DNA of 34,208 nucleotides from NCBI GenBank assembly GCA_004431415.1, contig QPMI01000030.1, positions 1 to 34,208 on the forward strand. The letters run 5' to 3'. This stretch comes from Cyanophora paradoxa CCMP329 (taxonomy: Eukaryota; Plantae; Glaucophyta). Below are positions 1 to 12,700 of this stretch, piece by piece. The first letter of the stretch is position 1. Every line of letters begins with the position of its first letter. The position numbers and the translations under genes are program-made. The notes beneath the pieces are model-generated. The model worked only from the letters and a program-made list of their open reading frames with translations. It had not been told where the DNA came from and did not search any database.

Positions 1-1989
1 GAATGTTGTTATTGCTGGTGAATATAATCCTGGCAAAGTTGCTTTTGTGTTGAATCTATCCCTTTGTGTTTCAATTAACAATCTTATCAGAAGTTATGAG
101 ATCTTTGAGCATATCATTATTTCGAATGTGTCCTTGCCTGAGGCTTCATTCACAACAATCAAGATCTTATCCTCTCTATTGTGGGCAAATCGACCAAACA
201 GATCCTCTTTTGGCTTTCCAGTTGCATAACTTAGGGCATCTCCAAGTATCTTCTTTTGGAAAGTATCAACCAACACATTTTACCAGTTCCCTGCTCACCA
301 ATGAAGATTAAGGATACTCCATTGAGTTCCCCAGGCTTTTGCAGCATGTGGGCAAACCATTTCAACAGATATTCATAGGTATTTTGATCCTCACCAGACA
401 TTAAGAACAAGTGATCAAGGAAAGGCTTAATCATCTCAGCAGTTACATCCTCTGGAGCATTTTCGAATTGCTGATGGTCGACCTTCATTCCTGGATAGAG
501 ATTAAATACAGACTTGCATTTTGCACTGAGAGTAGCAGGAGGGGAAGGAAATCCATGTAAGTTGATCTTGTGGCTGTTGGATCCACAATCCATTTCCTAA
601 ATGATTGCTCCCATTTCTCTTTCTCATTATCTGTTCCCTCATTGACAATCACCTTATGCATCAATGGGGGAAATGCTTTGTAGAGAGCTTCCCAATATCT
701 TTGGGCATCCAGCAAAGTAGTTGTTCATCCCAGAGCATCACACAACCAACATTTTCAACATGATGCATTCGAGCATTGAAATACCTCTTATGCACATTGT
801 AATGTTCAGCCAAAGGAGGATACTTGCAGTCTTGTAATCGATTTCATCTGTGTCCTCGGTAGGAATGCATACTTTTTGGGAAGAGTTCCTTGAAAAGCTC
901 ATTGTTATCTTTGCTCAACCAATAAACCAAGGATTTGAAGGTCAACACTTTGCCAGGCTCAGCCTTCTTCTTGCTTCTGCGAAGCTGTGTAAACTTCTCC
1001 TGGCATTCATCATAATCATACTTGTCACTCTGTTCTGAGAATTGTGGAAGAGTTCAGCTTGCATTTTAGGGTGAACTTGTTGTCTTCCCCAACATTGATG
1101 ATGACCAGTCCTACATCAATCCAAGTTTTATACTCATTAGCTCTCTCACCATTCAGACCCATTATAACACTTTGTAGCAGTTCGAAAGTAACAGGATTTT
1201 CGGGTTCAGTGTCTTTTTCAGCTTCTACCTTCTCAGTCTTCACTTTATCACTTTTTGGCTCCTTTTTAACTGGTTTTGGCTCAGGGCTATAATTTGCGAA
1301 TGCAGAAATATTCGATTCATCCACAAGTTTAGTAGAAGCTGAGAAGAAAGATACAAAGAAGTCCTCATTTCGCATTAACACTTTGTCACAGTCAACGAAT
1401 TTCTTAAAGCAAACGTTTTTATCAACATCTTTTTTGATTTATTTTGAGCATCCAGAGTCTCACCTTTGCAGCAATTGAGGCAGATTAGGTTCTGTGTGGA
1501 GCTGTAAACTCCACTGTCATAATCCTCATTTTTCACCAATCCCATCGCTTTGAAAAGCTTGGGGATATCTTCATGTTTGCATGCAAGCGATTTAATAATA
1601 AAGTGGGCTGAAATCTTGAACTTGGTGACATCCTCCTTAATCAAATAAACCCTTCTATGGCGAACTGCAACAGCAATATCGTTAATAGAAGTGGTACCAG
1701 ATCGCTTCCATAGCTTATCTCTCATCTCTCTTACAACAGTTTCCGCCTCAGCATAGTTATCAGCAATGTTCTCCTTCAAATCAGCGAATTTATCCAGGTC
1801 CAGGTAAACTCTGGTCACTTGCTCAGGCTGAATGCATTCAGCCCAGGTCTTAACCTTGCTATTATCAATGGCTTCAAGGGCATCTTCAGCAGAATCAAAT
1901 ACATGGGTGACCTTGTTGCGATCACCAATGAGAGTACTAAGGAATGTAGCATTTTCAACAGGGGTGGCGAATTTCTCGATTTTGTTCAT
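1..1989 (-). CDS. AEP (PrimPol-type) primase / PriCT-2 / D5-like SF3 helicase fusion; frameshifted, 3' end runs off window
   Basis: ORF pieces 1375-1989 (RVYLDLD, KISAHFII, DSGVYS = AEP motifs), 1025-1381 (EYKTWIDVGLVI, PriCT-2-like), 231-593 (YLLKWFAHMLQKP...IFIGEQGTGK, Walker A) and 94-276 (LIVVNEA, Walker B) are collinear on one strand. Confidence 0.88.
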
Positions 1990-2206
1990 TTTCGATTTTG
2001 GGGACTTCTACCTTTAACGAAGAAAATAATTTCGGAAGGAGGAATTGTCTTTTATATATATCCTATTATTTGCCAAGTCCTTAAGTAGTTTTGGGTCGGG
2101 ATACTGTCTCGATATATAGGTACAGTTTTAAAAAAGAGGGAAGAAAGCTGTCATTTTTTTGCCTCCGATCAAATCGATTTCTACAAAATTTGTTTCGATC
2201 GAGAAT

Positions 2207-2533
2207 TTATTCTTCGATATATTTCCGAGGTCTTCCAACCGGTTTATGCTCTTTGGGTTTCTTGGGCTGTTCATCTTTCTTCTTGTGGTAATATTCCAGC
2301 GCTTTTGCCTTTTTTTGCTCGCGATATTCTTCATTTTCCCTGTATTTCCTCTGGTGTCTGAGGGCAATCTTTTTGAGTTCTTCTGGTGTGTGAACTGTAG
2401 CGGCTCCTTGGGATAATCGTTCCTGCTTCTTTTTATGATAGGCTTCGCGTTTTCTTTGGGCATCTTGCTCCCTTTTCAGTCTCAGCTTCTCTGCTTTTTC
2501 ATCATCTGTGAGTATCTTGCGGATATTCGGCAT
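2207..2533 (-). CDS. Small highly basic coiled-coil protein with C-terminal AT-hook-like motif
   Basis: Intact 108-aa K/R/E-rich ORF ending KPVGRPRKYIEE; AT-rich TAAAG just upstream of the ATG. Confidence 0.7.
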   Translation of the reverse strand: MPNIRKILTDDEKAEKLRLKREQDAQRKREAYHKKKQERLSQGAATVHTPEELKKIALRHQRKYRENEEYREQKKAKALEYYHKKKDEQPKKPKEHKPVGRPRKYIEE

Positions 2534-2579
2534 TTCTCTTTAATAGTAGATACAAATAATTTTTCCTCAATACAATCTA

Positions 2580-2703
2580 TCTACTTTTTCCTTAAGTCAT
2601 TTTTTGTTGCGAACACCAGTTCCTGTCTGTAAACTTTTATAGCTGCCTCAGTGGCATACTGAGACCGCTTTTTCTCAATTATCTTATAGACCTGGGGGTC
2701 CAT
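2580..2703 (-). CDS. Very small basic hypothetical protein (~40 aa)
   Basis: Manual translation MDPQVYKIIEKKRSQYATEAAIKVYRQELVFATKNDLRKK*; fills the gap between neighbouring genes. Confidence 0.4.
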
Positions 2704-2729
2704 TGCTACTATCAGTAGGCAAATAATAT

Positions 2730-2928
2730 TTAATCGGTCTCCCTCTGGGTCTCTGCTCCTCTTTTTGGGCTTTTCTGCGATAATAGGATGCCAGGGCTTG
2801 CTGCTTTTTATACTCTCTATATTCTGGGTCCTCTCTATATCGTTTCTGCATTGCTAGAATGTGTCTTATAGACCCTCAGTAACAGGTTCATCACTGGTAA
2901 ACTCGATTAAACTAATAGTGTCCTCCAT
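2730..2928 (-). CDS. Small basic protein, paralogue of 2207-2533 (one frameshift)
   Basis: Manual translation MEDTISLIEFTSDEPVTEG/..HILAMQKRYREDPEYREYKKQQALASYYRRK aligns with IALRHQRKYRENEEYREQKKAKALEYYHKKK. Confidence 0.6.
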
Positions 2929-2990
2929 TTATATTCCCAGAGAAAACGTTTTCTGCTGGCAGAGAACTTCTCCTTGGATACTCCTGTTGC

Positions 2991-3179
2991 TCATATGTAT
3001 ACTCTGTGGGGTCTGCTGGCATTGACTCCACAGAAACTGTTGATCTCTTCTCTCTCTTGCTCAGCATTATCCTCAGTATCTGACATCTCAAACTCTATTG
3101 TTGTGTCACAGCATCCACTGTGGCAATTGCTCACCACATGCAGACTGAGCATCTCAATAAACTTTCGTATTATATCCAT
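2991..3179 (-). CDS. Small hypothetical protein with Cys cluster (SNCHSGCC) and acidic stretch
   Basis: ORF track; the 3' end may extend to ~2930 through a frameshift. Confidence 0.5.
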   Translation of the reverse strand: MDIIRKFIEMLSLHVVSNCHSGCCDTTIEFEMSDTEDNAEQEREEINSFCGVNASRPHRVYI

Positions 3180-3201
3180 GTCTCTAATAAAACAGAGAAA
3201 A

Positions 3202-3932
3202 TTAAAGCCAAACTCGTCTTTTATATACTGTTGGGGCTACTCCCTTTTCTACTTCAGCTTTGGTGGCACCAGGTTCAATGGTTCCCTTCTGGGTCTTTGT
3301 TTTCATTTCATCTACTGCTTGCTCATCGATTTGGTTCTCTTTCTTAGCAATAAACTGTTTATCTGGGACACCAGTAATGCCCATTTATAAACTTCCTTTC
3401 GAAGCATCTCCTTTAGCTTGGCTCTCTCTTTCTTCTCAGTAACATACTGCTCCAAGGCACTTGATTTGGCTTCCAGATCTTTGAGTTTAGCAGTCATCTC
3501 ATCCCATTGAGCCTTGGGAATTCGATGAATATTTTGAGTGGGAGCAGTCTTATATGTGACTTCACCAGCCATAGACTGAATTACCTTGTCTGATTCCTTA
3601 CTAAGACCTTCACCTTTGCGAGCCAGTGAAAGATCTTGCAAGCCTAAACCTTTATCATCAGCAGCCCAATAATTCGCCTGGCACCCTCAGCAACAGCTTT
3701 CATTTTGAGGCTTCTGGTGAGATGTTGAGTTGGTCACTGGTTGAAGCCTGTGGGGCTTTGTCATCGACTGATTCCTCATAGGCAGCATTAAGAGGGTCTC
3801 TTCTTGTTGTGAGGGCTTCACCTCATTCATACCATTGAATTTCAGTGGTTCAGTGTTAATGGATCCATTGTTTCCACCACCTGAATAGCCAACAGCCCCA
3901 GCTGGGATCCCTATCTTTCGTTTGGGAGGCAT
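3202..3932 (-). CDS. Hypothetical ~240-aa protein (frameshifted), possibly virion core/structural
   Basis: Three collinear ORF pieces (3687-3932 MPPKRK..., 3312-3641, 3202-3384) directly downstream of the ATPase. Function is inferred from position only. Confidence 0.55.
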
Positions 3933-3960
3933 TGTATCTTTATTAGAATGAGAGATAATT

Positions 3961-4737
3961 TTATAAACCGCGTTTATATCGCATCAATTTATTGCTATGG
4001 ACTTGGCTTTTCACTTCTTTGGGGGCTTCCTCTTTCTCTGGTGGTTTCAGTTCATCTTCTTTCTTTTTTGGCTTTCTGTGGAAGCGAGGAAATGGGAAAT
4101 CTTTCACAAGCTCAGCTTTATCTACATAGTATTTAACTGAGTAGTTTGCAGAGGACCAAATAATATACTGATAGGAGTGAACATACTCTTCAAACATCTT
4201 GTAAAATCCTCTTTATTTCGCATTATATTGTATTCTTCCTCTATGGCTTCAAGTTCTTTGCGATTTGCAGCACTAGAAACATAGCATAGTCCGAATTAAC
4301 TCGAATAGTCGAAGAGACTTTCCTTAGCTTTTGTGTGATGCAGATAATGGATATTTTCGAATGGCGACCTCTGGAATACAGAGAGCCAATAATTTTATCC
4401 GAGTTAGGTCTACAATCTCATTATCGATTAAATCATCTAAAACACACATAACTGGTTAACAGGTTCACCTTTTCTATTTTCTCTTGCCTTTCATCTAGCA
4501 ATTTAGCAATGTAAGGGGCATCCCATTTTCCCAGTTGCAATGTTGCAACTTTATCCCAGAAATGATTGAAGCTGGTTCCACTCACAACTAATACAACATC
4601 AATCTTTTTGGCATCATGCAACTGCTTCAACCAATACTTACAGCTTCTGATTTACCAGTTGCTGATTTTCCTATTGCCAGTACACGAAATGGTGGTTCTA
4701 TCATTTCACCAGCCACAAATTCATCCAAATCAGTCAT
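3961..4737 (-). CDS. A32-like (FtsK/HerA) genome-packaging ATPase, frameshifted
   Basis: Manual translation: MTDLDEF...PFRVLAIGKSATGKS (Walker A, ~4648-4671), ...LDDL (Walker B), LYSRGRHSKISIICITQ (Arg finger/Gln sensor), STIRVNSDY. Mostly missed by the ORF track. Confidence 0.93.
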
Positions 4738-4779
4738 TGTTGTATATCTTTCTAATAAAGACATATAAAAATAATGCAG

Positions 4780-6157
4780 GGAGACTGAATATCGTAACAA
4801 TCTACAAATTTATACGACGAACCATCTTTGTCGAAATAATAAACTATGCATGAGAGCGCGAACATTAACATCGATTACCTTATCTGAAGGCATGTAGAGG
4901 GTGAGGAATGAAGAGGAGGAATTTGTTAAATCAACATAACCAGACTGGGCAATATTTCGAATCGCCTTTTCTCCATCAAGGCAGAAGGCAATCCTGAAAG
5001 GACATAGCGATCAGCAACCTTATCCATGTTAGAGCATTTGAAGGCATCAGCAATTAGCTCAGCACCTTTGAGTAGGGAAATTGGCTCAGTGGCAAAAAGT
5101 CGCTGTCCATTTATTTCAGTTGTGAATGTTATCTCTTTGGAGTGGCATAGGTCTTAAGAACACTGTGGGAGCCTGGGATTTATCAACAGTTGCATTATCA
5201 CGAACTGAAACAAGCAGAGCATAAACCAGTCAGAGATTTGAGAGAGGTTAATTCGATGGGTTGGGGCATTGCCCTTGGCAGGGAAAGCACTAGCATCAAC
5301 AAACCCAATGTCTAGAGCAGGAATAGCCATGCCAGTAGTCTTTACTTTTTCAATAAACAGTAGCGAAAGCTCATCAGAAACATTAATAGCATGCATGTAA
5401 AGGCGAGGAGAGGTAATTGTAATACCAGGGGTTGTTGCACCAAGACTGAAAGTGGTGATGTTTTGACCAACATGGGCAAGGGTTCCATCTGTGAAGTTTC
5501 AAGACCATCATCGGCAGTTGCATCAACTGTTCCAACAGCAGTTGTGAGTTCACGACCACCATAGGAAGTTTCAACATAACCCTTCTTCAGCATCCTTAAA
5601 CCAAACAGTAACAACCATTTCACCAGATAAAGCACCAGGGGAGGTAGTGATTTAGCCAAGGCACAGGAATTTCAACGAAAAATGAGCCACCAAGGCGGTT
5701 GGTTCCATGAGCAGGAATGCCATGAAACCATGCCCATTTGATCGCTTCTTTTTAGCTAGTTGATCCTCCGAATAATAGACCAGGGGAAATGAGCAGGAAA
5801 TCAGATGGAATATGGTAGGTGTAAGATCCATAGGTAATTTCAAGTCGCTGAACTAAAGCACCAACTGGGCGAGTGTATCCATGCGAACTAGGTCAGTATC
5901 ACCAGCAAAAGTGATGGCTGGAAGGTCGAAAGCAAGTTCGAGTTTTCCACAGAAATTGTAGCGAGGTAGCTTAAAGGAAATGCGATTTCCAACATTATTC
6001 TCAAAAGTATTGCTGGGATTCACAACAACTAGAACTGGCTTAGACTTGGATTCGAGACAAGCATAAGGGAGTTATCCAGGAAAAAGGCTTTCGCCTCCTC
6101 TGGGGTTGTTAGGGCTTCTTTCAGCGAAAGTCTTTGAAGAGTGGAAGTGATATCCAT
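4780..6157 (-). CDS. Major capsid protein (probable double jelly-roll, PLV type), heavily frameshifted; 3' end approximate
   Basis: Manual translation from the ATG at 6157: MDITSTLQRL...NRISFKLPRYNFCGKLELAFDLP...VQRLEITYG...FFVEIPVPW...HRINLSQI...EINGQRLF...AQSGYVDLT. About 450 codons, beta-strand rich, lying between the penton and the ATPase. Confidence 0.8.
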
Positions 6158-6209
6158 TATATTCTCTTTTATTATACTGCAACATAAAAATCTACCAATG
6201 ATCCTTAAT

Positions 6210-7212
6210 TTATGCGAAGCTTGTAATAACTGGATAGGAAGGGTGAAGCTGCGACATTCTCATCTTAAAGTATTCATAAACTGGGTCTCCTGCTGGCTCA
6301 TCACCATAGCGAATTTCAAAGGTCAGATGAACAGTTGACCCTCAAATCAATTGGTTCATTACAGCATTAACAATATCAACCGAGAAAGTGGATAATCCAA
6401 CCTTTTGTTATAGTATTATAAAGTGGATGAGCTTCTGTTGAATTGTAAACAACATGCTCACCATAGTCTTATCAGGGACCACTATTTTGTGAAAGTAACC
6501 AGTCAGAAGACCATCCCCACATTGCACCAGATCACCAGCTCCTTTACTCTCACAAACAAAACACTGTCCCTGGTCTTCTCAGGCTCAAAAGAAGATATAA
6601 TGCCATTCACGCGACCACCAGTAAAGATTCCATCAGTGAGAGCATCATAGACCTGTGATTGGATTGGGGAGTTACCATATCTTCCAGGATCAAGACCCAG
6701 CAGTCTAGCTGAACTCAACAGCTTTTGGATTGTTTGTTGGCTTGGGTTCACAGCTACTGAGAAAAGCCAAGTAAAATGGTACTGCTGAGTGGAATATAAT
6801 TCGTTTCAGTGATTCATCCCATTTGCAGCGAATGGATGGTTGGGGATTTCTGCCTTCGAATTTAGAGTTAATTACATTCACCAGTTGCTGGTGGCTTTGG
6901 ATGGGGGTGTTTCGACTTATAATGAATTGTTTCCATTGTTCATAGTCAGCAGCTGGGCGAACTGTTGGAATTCCTGAGCTTCCAGCTCCAGGAGTTTGTT
7001 CAGAATAATAAATGCTAAATGCATTGTCAACTGTCACATCTCCTGCTTTGGTTTCACCACTCACCATAGGGATACTGTTATAAAATTCGGCTGAGACCAG
7101 TCTCACAGCCTCACATTCTCATAACTACTGGGGAGTCTAGCCACAAAGCTTGATGTGGACCATCACCAGAGATTGTATTAAATGAGCTAACCTCGATGTA
7201 ATCCACAGGCAT
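6210..7212 (-). CDS. Penton / minor capsid-like protein 1 (frameshifted)
   Basis: N-terminus MPVDYIEVSS...SFVARLPSSYENV/EAVRLVSAEFYNSIP and C-terminus ...FSVDIVNA/NEPIDL/GSTVHLTFEIRY match the terminal motifs of PLV/NCLDV penton-like proteins; adjacent to the MCP. Confidence 0.72.
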
Positions 7213-7241
7213 TCTTCTTTTATCTATATTTATATATTAAA

Positions 7242-8168
7242 ATGAACCGGCTCGTTAATATTGATAGCAGGGATAGAAGCCAAGGACAAAATGAAAACTC
7301 TTACAGGGTCACCCTCACAACTCCAGTAGAGAGACCAAGGGAATGTAGGGTTCTCTATGCAGAGATTCCAAACAGTATCTATAACAGTGTGGGAACTGAT
7401 CATCTAACAGTTCAGTTTAATTACCAAGATGGTTCATATAACCAAGTGATCACACAACAAGTGTATCCCCTTCCAGTGGCTACATCAATCAGGGTCATTT
7501 TGGGGTCACACACCCTTATAATTATGGGCTGAACTATTCAAGCTTCCAAACTATTGCAGGCAAAACAGTAGCTTTTGAGTTCAAGATATTCTACAACCCA
7601 ACTACCTATAAAGTGGAGTTTTACAGTAACCATGAGTTTCGTTTTATTGCAAGCAACCAGAGAATAGGGAAGCTTTTGGTGTGAGTTCTACTGAATACAC
7701 AATGGTTATTATAGCACTCCTCCTGCTGGTGGATCTCCCTATCGACCTGAAACCTTTTAAAGTATGATGGCAAACCTATTACACCTGATCACCCAGCATG
7801 GGGAATCACCTTCTCAGGACCCAGACTCTCATCTAAGCCCTTGCAATATTATTTTGACAGCAGAAAGATGTCTGATATGAATGCTGAGCAGTATCTATAC
7901 ATGCACATTAAAGAGCTTGCCCTTTTGCCAGCAGACACAATATAATTCCGAAATCGCAACCACATAACCAGGGGCAATCCTTAGATTGCAATTGAGTAAG
8001 GATATAGGTGGCTATGTTTACCATAGTGGTGAACATGCAGAATTCATTCAGATAAATGACAGAAACCTGGTGATAAGGGAACTCACAGTTGAGTTTAAAG
8101 ATTACTTTGGTGAACTGATTGATATGAATGGAATCGATAATTCTTTTCAGTTGGAGTTTATCGAATAA
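7242..8168 (+). CDS. Penton / minor capsid-like protein 2 (frameshifted)
   Basis: MNRLVNIDSRDR...SYRVTLTTPV...VLYAEIPNSIYN and C-terminus IRELTVEFKDYFGELIDMNGIDNSFQLEF are typical penton-family end motifs. Confidence 0.8.
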
Positions 8169-8204
8169 AGGCACCTGTAAAGTCAACTCTCATTGTGGGA
8201 GCAT

Positions 8205-9708
8205 TCACATACACAAGGGGATAAATGCGAATATATTTAATTCTGAGAGAAAACCTATGTAAAAAGCATCCTTGATGCTGAGAGGAAATCCACTCAATAG
8301 AGCCACATCACCTGAGTTGTGAGCATTGTTAATGTTCTCACAGACATATATTTTGTTTTGCCCATCTGATCGAATAAAAGACCAGTTGATCCCATCAGTG
8401 GATGTTGCCACATTGAAAGTCTTAATAAAAGCATTGGTGTCCCCTGATCCATAGGCAATCACAGAAGAGAGTTCAAAAGTATATGGAAAAGCAACTTGAA
8501 GGTATTCAGTGGGGTTTCCATATCTGCTCAGGAGCATAGGCTCCAGCTTCCAGCCAAATGCTGAAGGTCTAGCCATGAAAGGCTCTTTACCAGTCACAGA
8601 GGATGAGGCAGTGAAGGCATCATCTGCAAGCTGATACCAATTAGCATCCAAAGGTGGTGATGTAGTGAGAGTGGATGAGATGTAAGCCTTTGTAGGGTTC
8701 TTTAATTCATAGTTTGCTACTAGAATGCTGCAAAGCTTATTAATCATATCATTGTTTGCTGCTATGTATGTTTCTGTGAAAGAAAGCATATCTGGGATTT
8801 TAGAAGTGTCATCCAGGGAGCTTACTATGTGATTCGGAAGAGGTACTGATAACCTATAGTATCTCCCATAATCCTGATCATAGTTGTAGGGTAACAACTC
8901 CTCCATCTTATCAAGGGCAGAAAGCTCACTTGCAGCCATGAGCATGTTAATCAATGGGCTTCCATCTGTTGAGGCAATCCATGAGAGAATGCCCCAGCTG
9001 TTGACAGTCTCATAAGCATAACCCACATAATCAGACTCTAAATGTGGGTCCACCTCTCCACAAGAGATACTTATTACTATAATGTCATCATCATCACTGT
9101 AAATCTTCTTTGCATGGCTGTAACCACACACACTGGGATTATTGTTTCCCGAAATGGCACCATCAATGAGACAGACATATACTCCCGATTGAAATCAACA
9201 ATGCTTACAGGTGAAAAGTATGTAGGAGCAGCAGAAGTAGCCTAGCAGCAATCTTACAGGGCATAAAGTTGTAATTGTTATCATTTGTGATAAATATTGG
9301 TTTCATATTCTGAGTATCAAAAGATGTAATCACAATGTCCTTTAGGGAATCCTGTATTAGTGATTCCCCAGTAACTGAATTGATTGCAGTCTCCAAGGGT
9401 CCCACATCATACTTTGTGTTAAATAGGGCATTTTCAATGATATTTCGAGGATTTGCGAAAATCAAAGGCAGTTGAGTTAGGTAAATATTGTGTAAATCGT
9501 TTGCTGTCAGTTTAGGTTCACCTGGTCTATCAGGATGCCTTATATTCAAACCTATTGCAATGATCCCACCAGTGGAAGTTCCACTCACAAGATCCACAAG
9601 ATCGATTATTCTCCTGCCAGTTCGATTTTCGATTTCTTTTAGCAGCCTGGTTATGATAATGCCCCTTGCACCCCCGCCAGAAAGACTTAAAACGACCTTG
9701 AGAGGCAT
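8205..9708 (-). CDS. Patatin-like phospholipase fused to a C-terminal F5/8 type C (discoidin) domain, frameshifted
   Basis: LSLSGGGARG, GTSTG nucleophile elbow, TSAAPTYF, LIDGA...NNP. The C-terminal EYLQVAF...FIKTFNVATSTDGINWSF is discoidin-like. Confidence 0.88.
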
Positions 9709-9751
9709 CTTTTACTTATCAGGAATTTTATAAATCCATATAGTAAAAGCC

Positions 9752-12700
9752 ATGAGCTTCAATTACCCACCAAATCTAGAAACCATTCAAGATGATAATG
9801 CAAGCAGCACCAAGCATGTGAACTTTGATAATATTAAAGTAAAGGGTTCAGTTTCAATTGACCACAGCTCTGATAATTCATCAAAGACTCAATCAAGGAG
9901 CATGCTTTATCTGTGAATCAAACCGATCCAGATAAAGAGGATGTCAGTGTAGCCTTTAGTTTGGTAATGTGAAAGCAAACCAAGTGGCAGAGATCAAAGC
10001 AACAAGAAGGAGACCTAGGAAACTAAAAACCAGTGGCACTCACCCAGATATACCTTCCAGGTTCGATAGTGGTCGATTGATTTTCAATGTTCAAGATGAG
10101 CAGGGCAAACAGAACACAGCTTTGCGAATTTACAATGAGGGCAGCACTGCAAAAGCTGAGGTCCCCAAGTATTGCAAGTGGGTCCCATTGCCAATACAAA
10201 TCAGGTCTCCTACACAAATGATGTCTACCCCAAGGATATTACATATGACTTTGCAAGAAATGAGCCTTTTGGGTTCTTTACTCCAAAAGATGTCCATCAA
10301 AAAAAGCCATCAATTACAATCAACAGTAGCCCAGTCAACCAGTAGCAATCCATTTACACCCTGATTTAGTCGAAATGGATAGGCACCTTTTGCCTTTGTA
10401 TAGCAATGTGAAAGACCTTGGAATTCGAACCAGGCAATGGCGAAATATCCATGGCAGCAATGTGTATGCAAATGGAGAGAAGCTTGTAAGTGAGAAAACC
10501 TAAGAGAAATCATTGAGCATTATGGTCCCAATGGACCTACTGTCCCATTCCCTATTCCATTTCCCAATGGACCACCCGATTTAACACCAAAGAAGCAACC
10601 TGGAAGAGAATACACAGCAACTGAAGATGTAGCCTTTGGGCAGCACATTGTTAGTTGGGAGCAAGTTCGCAATAAACCTATAATTGAACCAAAAAGCAAA
10701 TAGATGAGCAGTATTTACCTCCTGAAATCGATATATTAGAGCTTGATGAATATCAATTCGTTCCAGATGAGGAAGAATATTTACCAGATGGTTTCGACCC
10801 ACAAGAATATGAGTATGATCAGTTTGACCCCAATGAGGAGGAGATACTCCAGATGGTTTTGACCCACAAGAATATGAGTATGAACAGAACTATGAACCTG
10901 ATGAGGAGTATTTACCAGATGGTCATGATCCACCAGCTGTTGACTATGAGCAACCTTATGAACCCCATGAGGAATTGTTACCAGATGGATTTCGACCTGA
11001 GATCTGGGAGTTCTTCCTGATTATGAACAAATTAATAATAAACCTGCAAAGTATCCCCAGAGGATCACAATCATGATTGGATGAGATCTTAGGCAAACCT
11101 CAAAAGTATCCACCAGAGGATCACAGGCATGATTGGGGTGAAATTGATGGGATTCCAACTGAGTTCCCACCAAGCAAACATGAACATATTTGGGATGAGA
11201 TCAATGACCAACCAGAATTTGCAAAGGTGGAGCCTCTTGATAACTTGGGGTTTCTCTTTACCAGACTTGTAATATCCCTGAAAGGATCTTTTTGAATGAA
11301 CACTATGTTCATGTGAATGGGACACTTGCAAATTCAGCTATGAGAGGACCACTTCATATTAGGACATTACCAGGCTCTTTTGAAACCCCACCACCACCAG
11401 GAGCAACCATACCAAATATCTTTGTGTCAAGCTACATGGAGGCTGACATTCCCACAGATACATTCAGAGTCCCAACAGACCCAGCAACCTACCAAAATTA
11501 CAACTCTGCTATACAGGTTCATGTAGCAGATGTAAGCAGCTTAGATGGCTCAAGACCAATGATAGTTTTCAGTCGAGATAAGTATTCCTACATTCCCATA
11601 GTGGGAACTGCAATGATAATTATGGAAGGGCAGAGCTTGCATGGATTAAAACAGATTATGGTGGGGTTCTGGAAGCCAATCAAAGAATGGCTGCAAAAAA
11701 CATACACAATGAGAGCATTTCGAGAGTAGTCACAGAGGATTACCTTCAAGCCCAAAACTACATAGATGAAACAGAGCTGAATGTAATCATTGCAGGTATA
11801 GGTATTGGTGTTACAGGCAATTACCTCCCTCTCACAGGTGGGACTATTGATGGAACAGTAACAGCATGTAACTTCTTTGTCCATACTGAAAGCAATCAAA
11901 CCTTTCCTGTGGTTCATCCAGGAGGTGAGTATGAGATACCTGATGATCCAGCTATTATGCCCATTAAGATTGATCTCCCTTCTGATTATGTAGGAAGGGG
12001 TGAACTAAAGACCATCTCTTTCACAGGAGATTATAATGATCTCATAAATAAACCTACTGCTGCAAATCTGCATCCTGTTGCATTTTCGGGTAGTTTCCTT
12101 GATCTAAATAATAGATCACACACCCACACAAAGGCAGAAATCACAGATTTTGCACACACTCACACCAAATCACAAATTACAGATTTTGCACACTTCCACA
12201 CAAGAGCAGATATCACAAATTTCGCTCACACTCATGTTAAATCAGAGATATTAGATCTCGGAAATGTTGCATATGTGGGTCACACCATACCAAGGCAGAG
12301 ATTACAGATCTTGGAAATGTTGCATATGTTGGTCACACCCACACAAAGGCAGAGATTACAGATTTTGCACACACTCATGATTGGAATACAGATATCTATA
12401 ACAAACCTGCAATTTTCTCAGGAAACTACAATGATTTGACCAATAGACCAACTCTTGATCCTTTCACAGCCACCACAATCAGAGCCAACAACACAATGTA
12501 TGTAGGATCAGGTCAGATTGTAGAACCAGCAGGACCTATGTTTGAAGAAACATGGTTCTTCCACAATTCGCAGAATTACTTTGATAAAACCTTACTTGTT
12601 CGTGGAAATGCCTATGCAAGAAATTTCTATGCTATGAACCCCTCAAATAATGCGACCATCAGTCGATGTATTACAGAGGCAGATCTTTCCAGTCAACTCA

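Noticed and set aside
2128-2463. 111-aa minus-strand ORF overlapping the basic protein
   Set aside because: Alternative frame of 2207-2533, which has the better start context and a paralogue.
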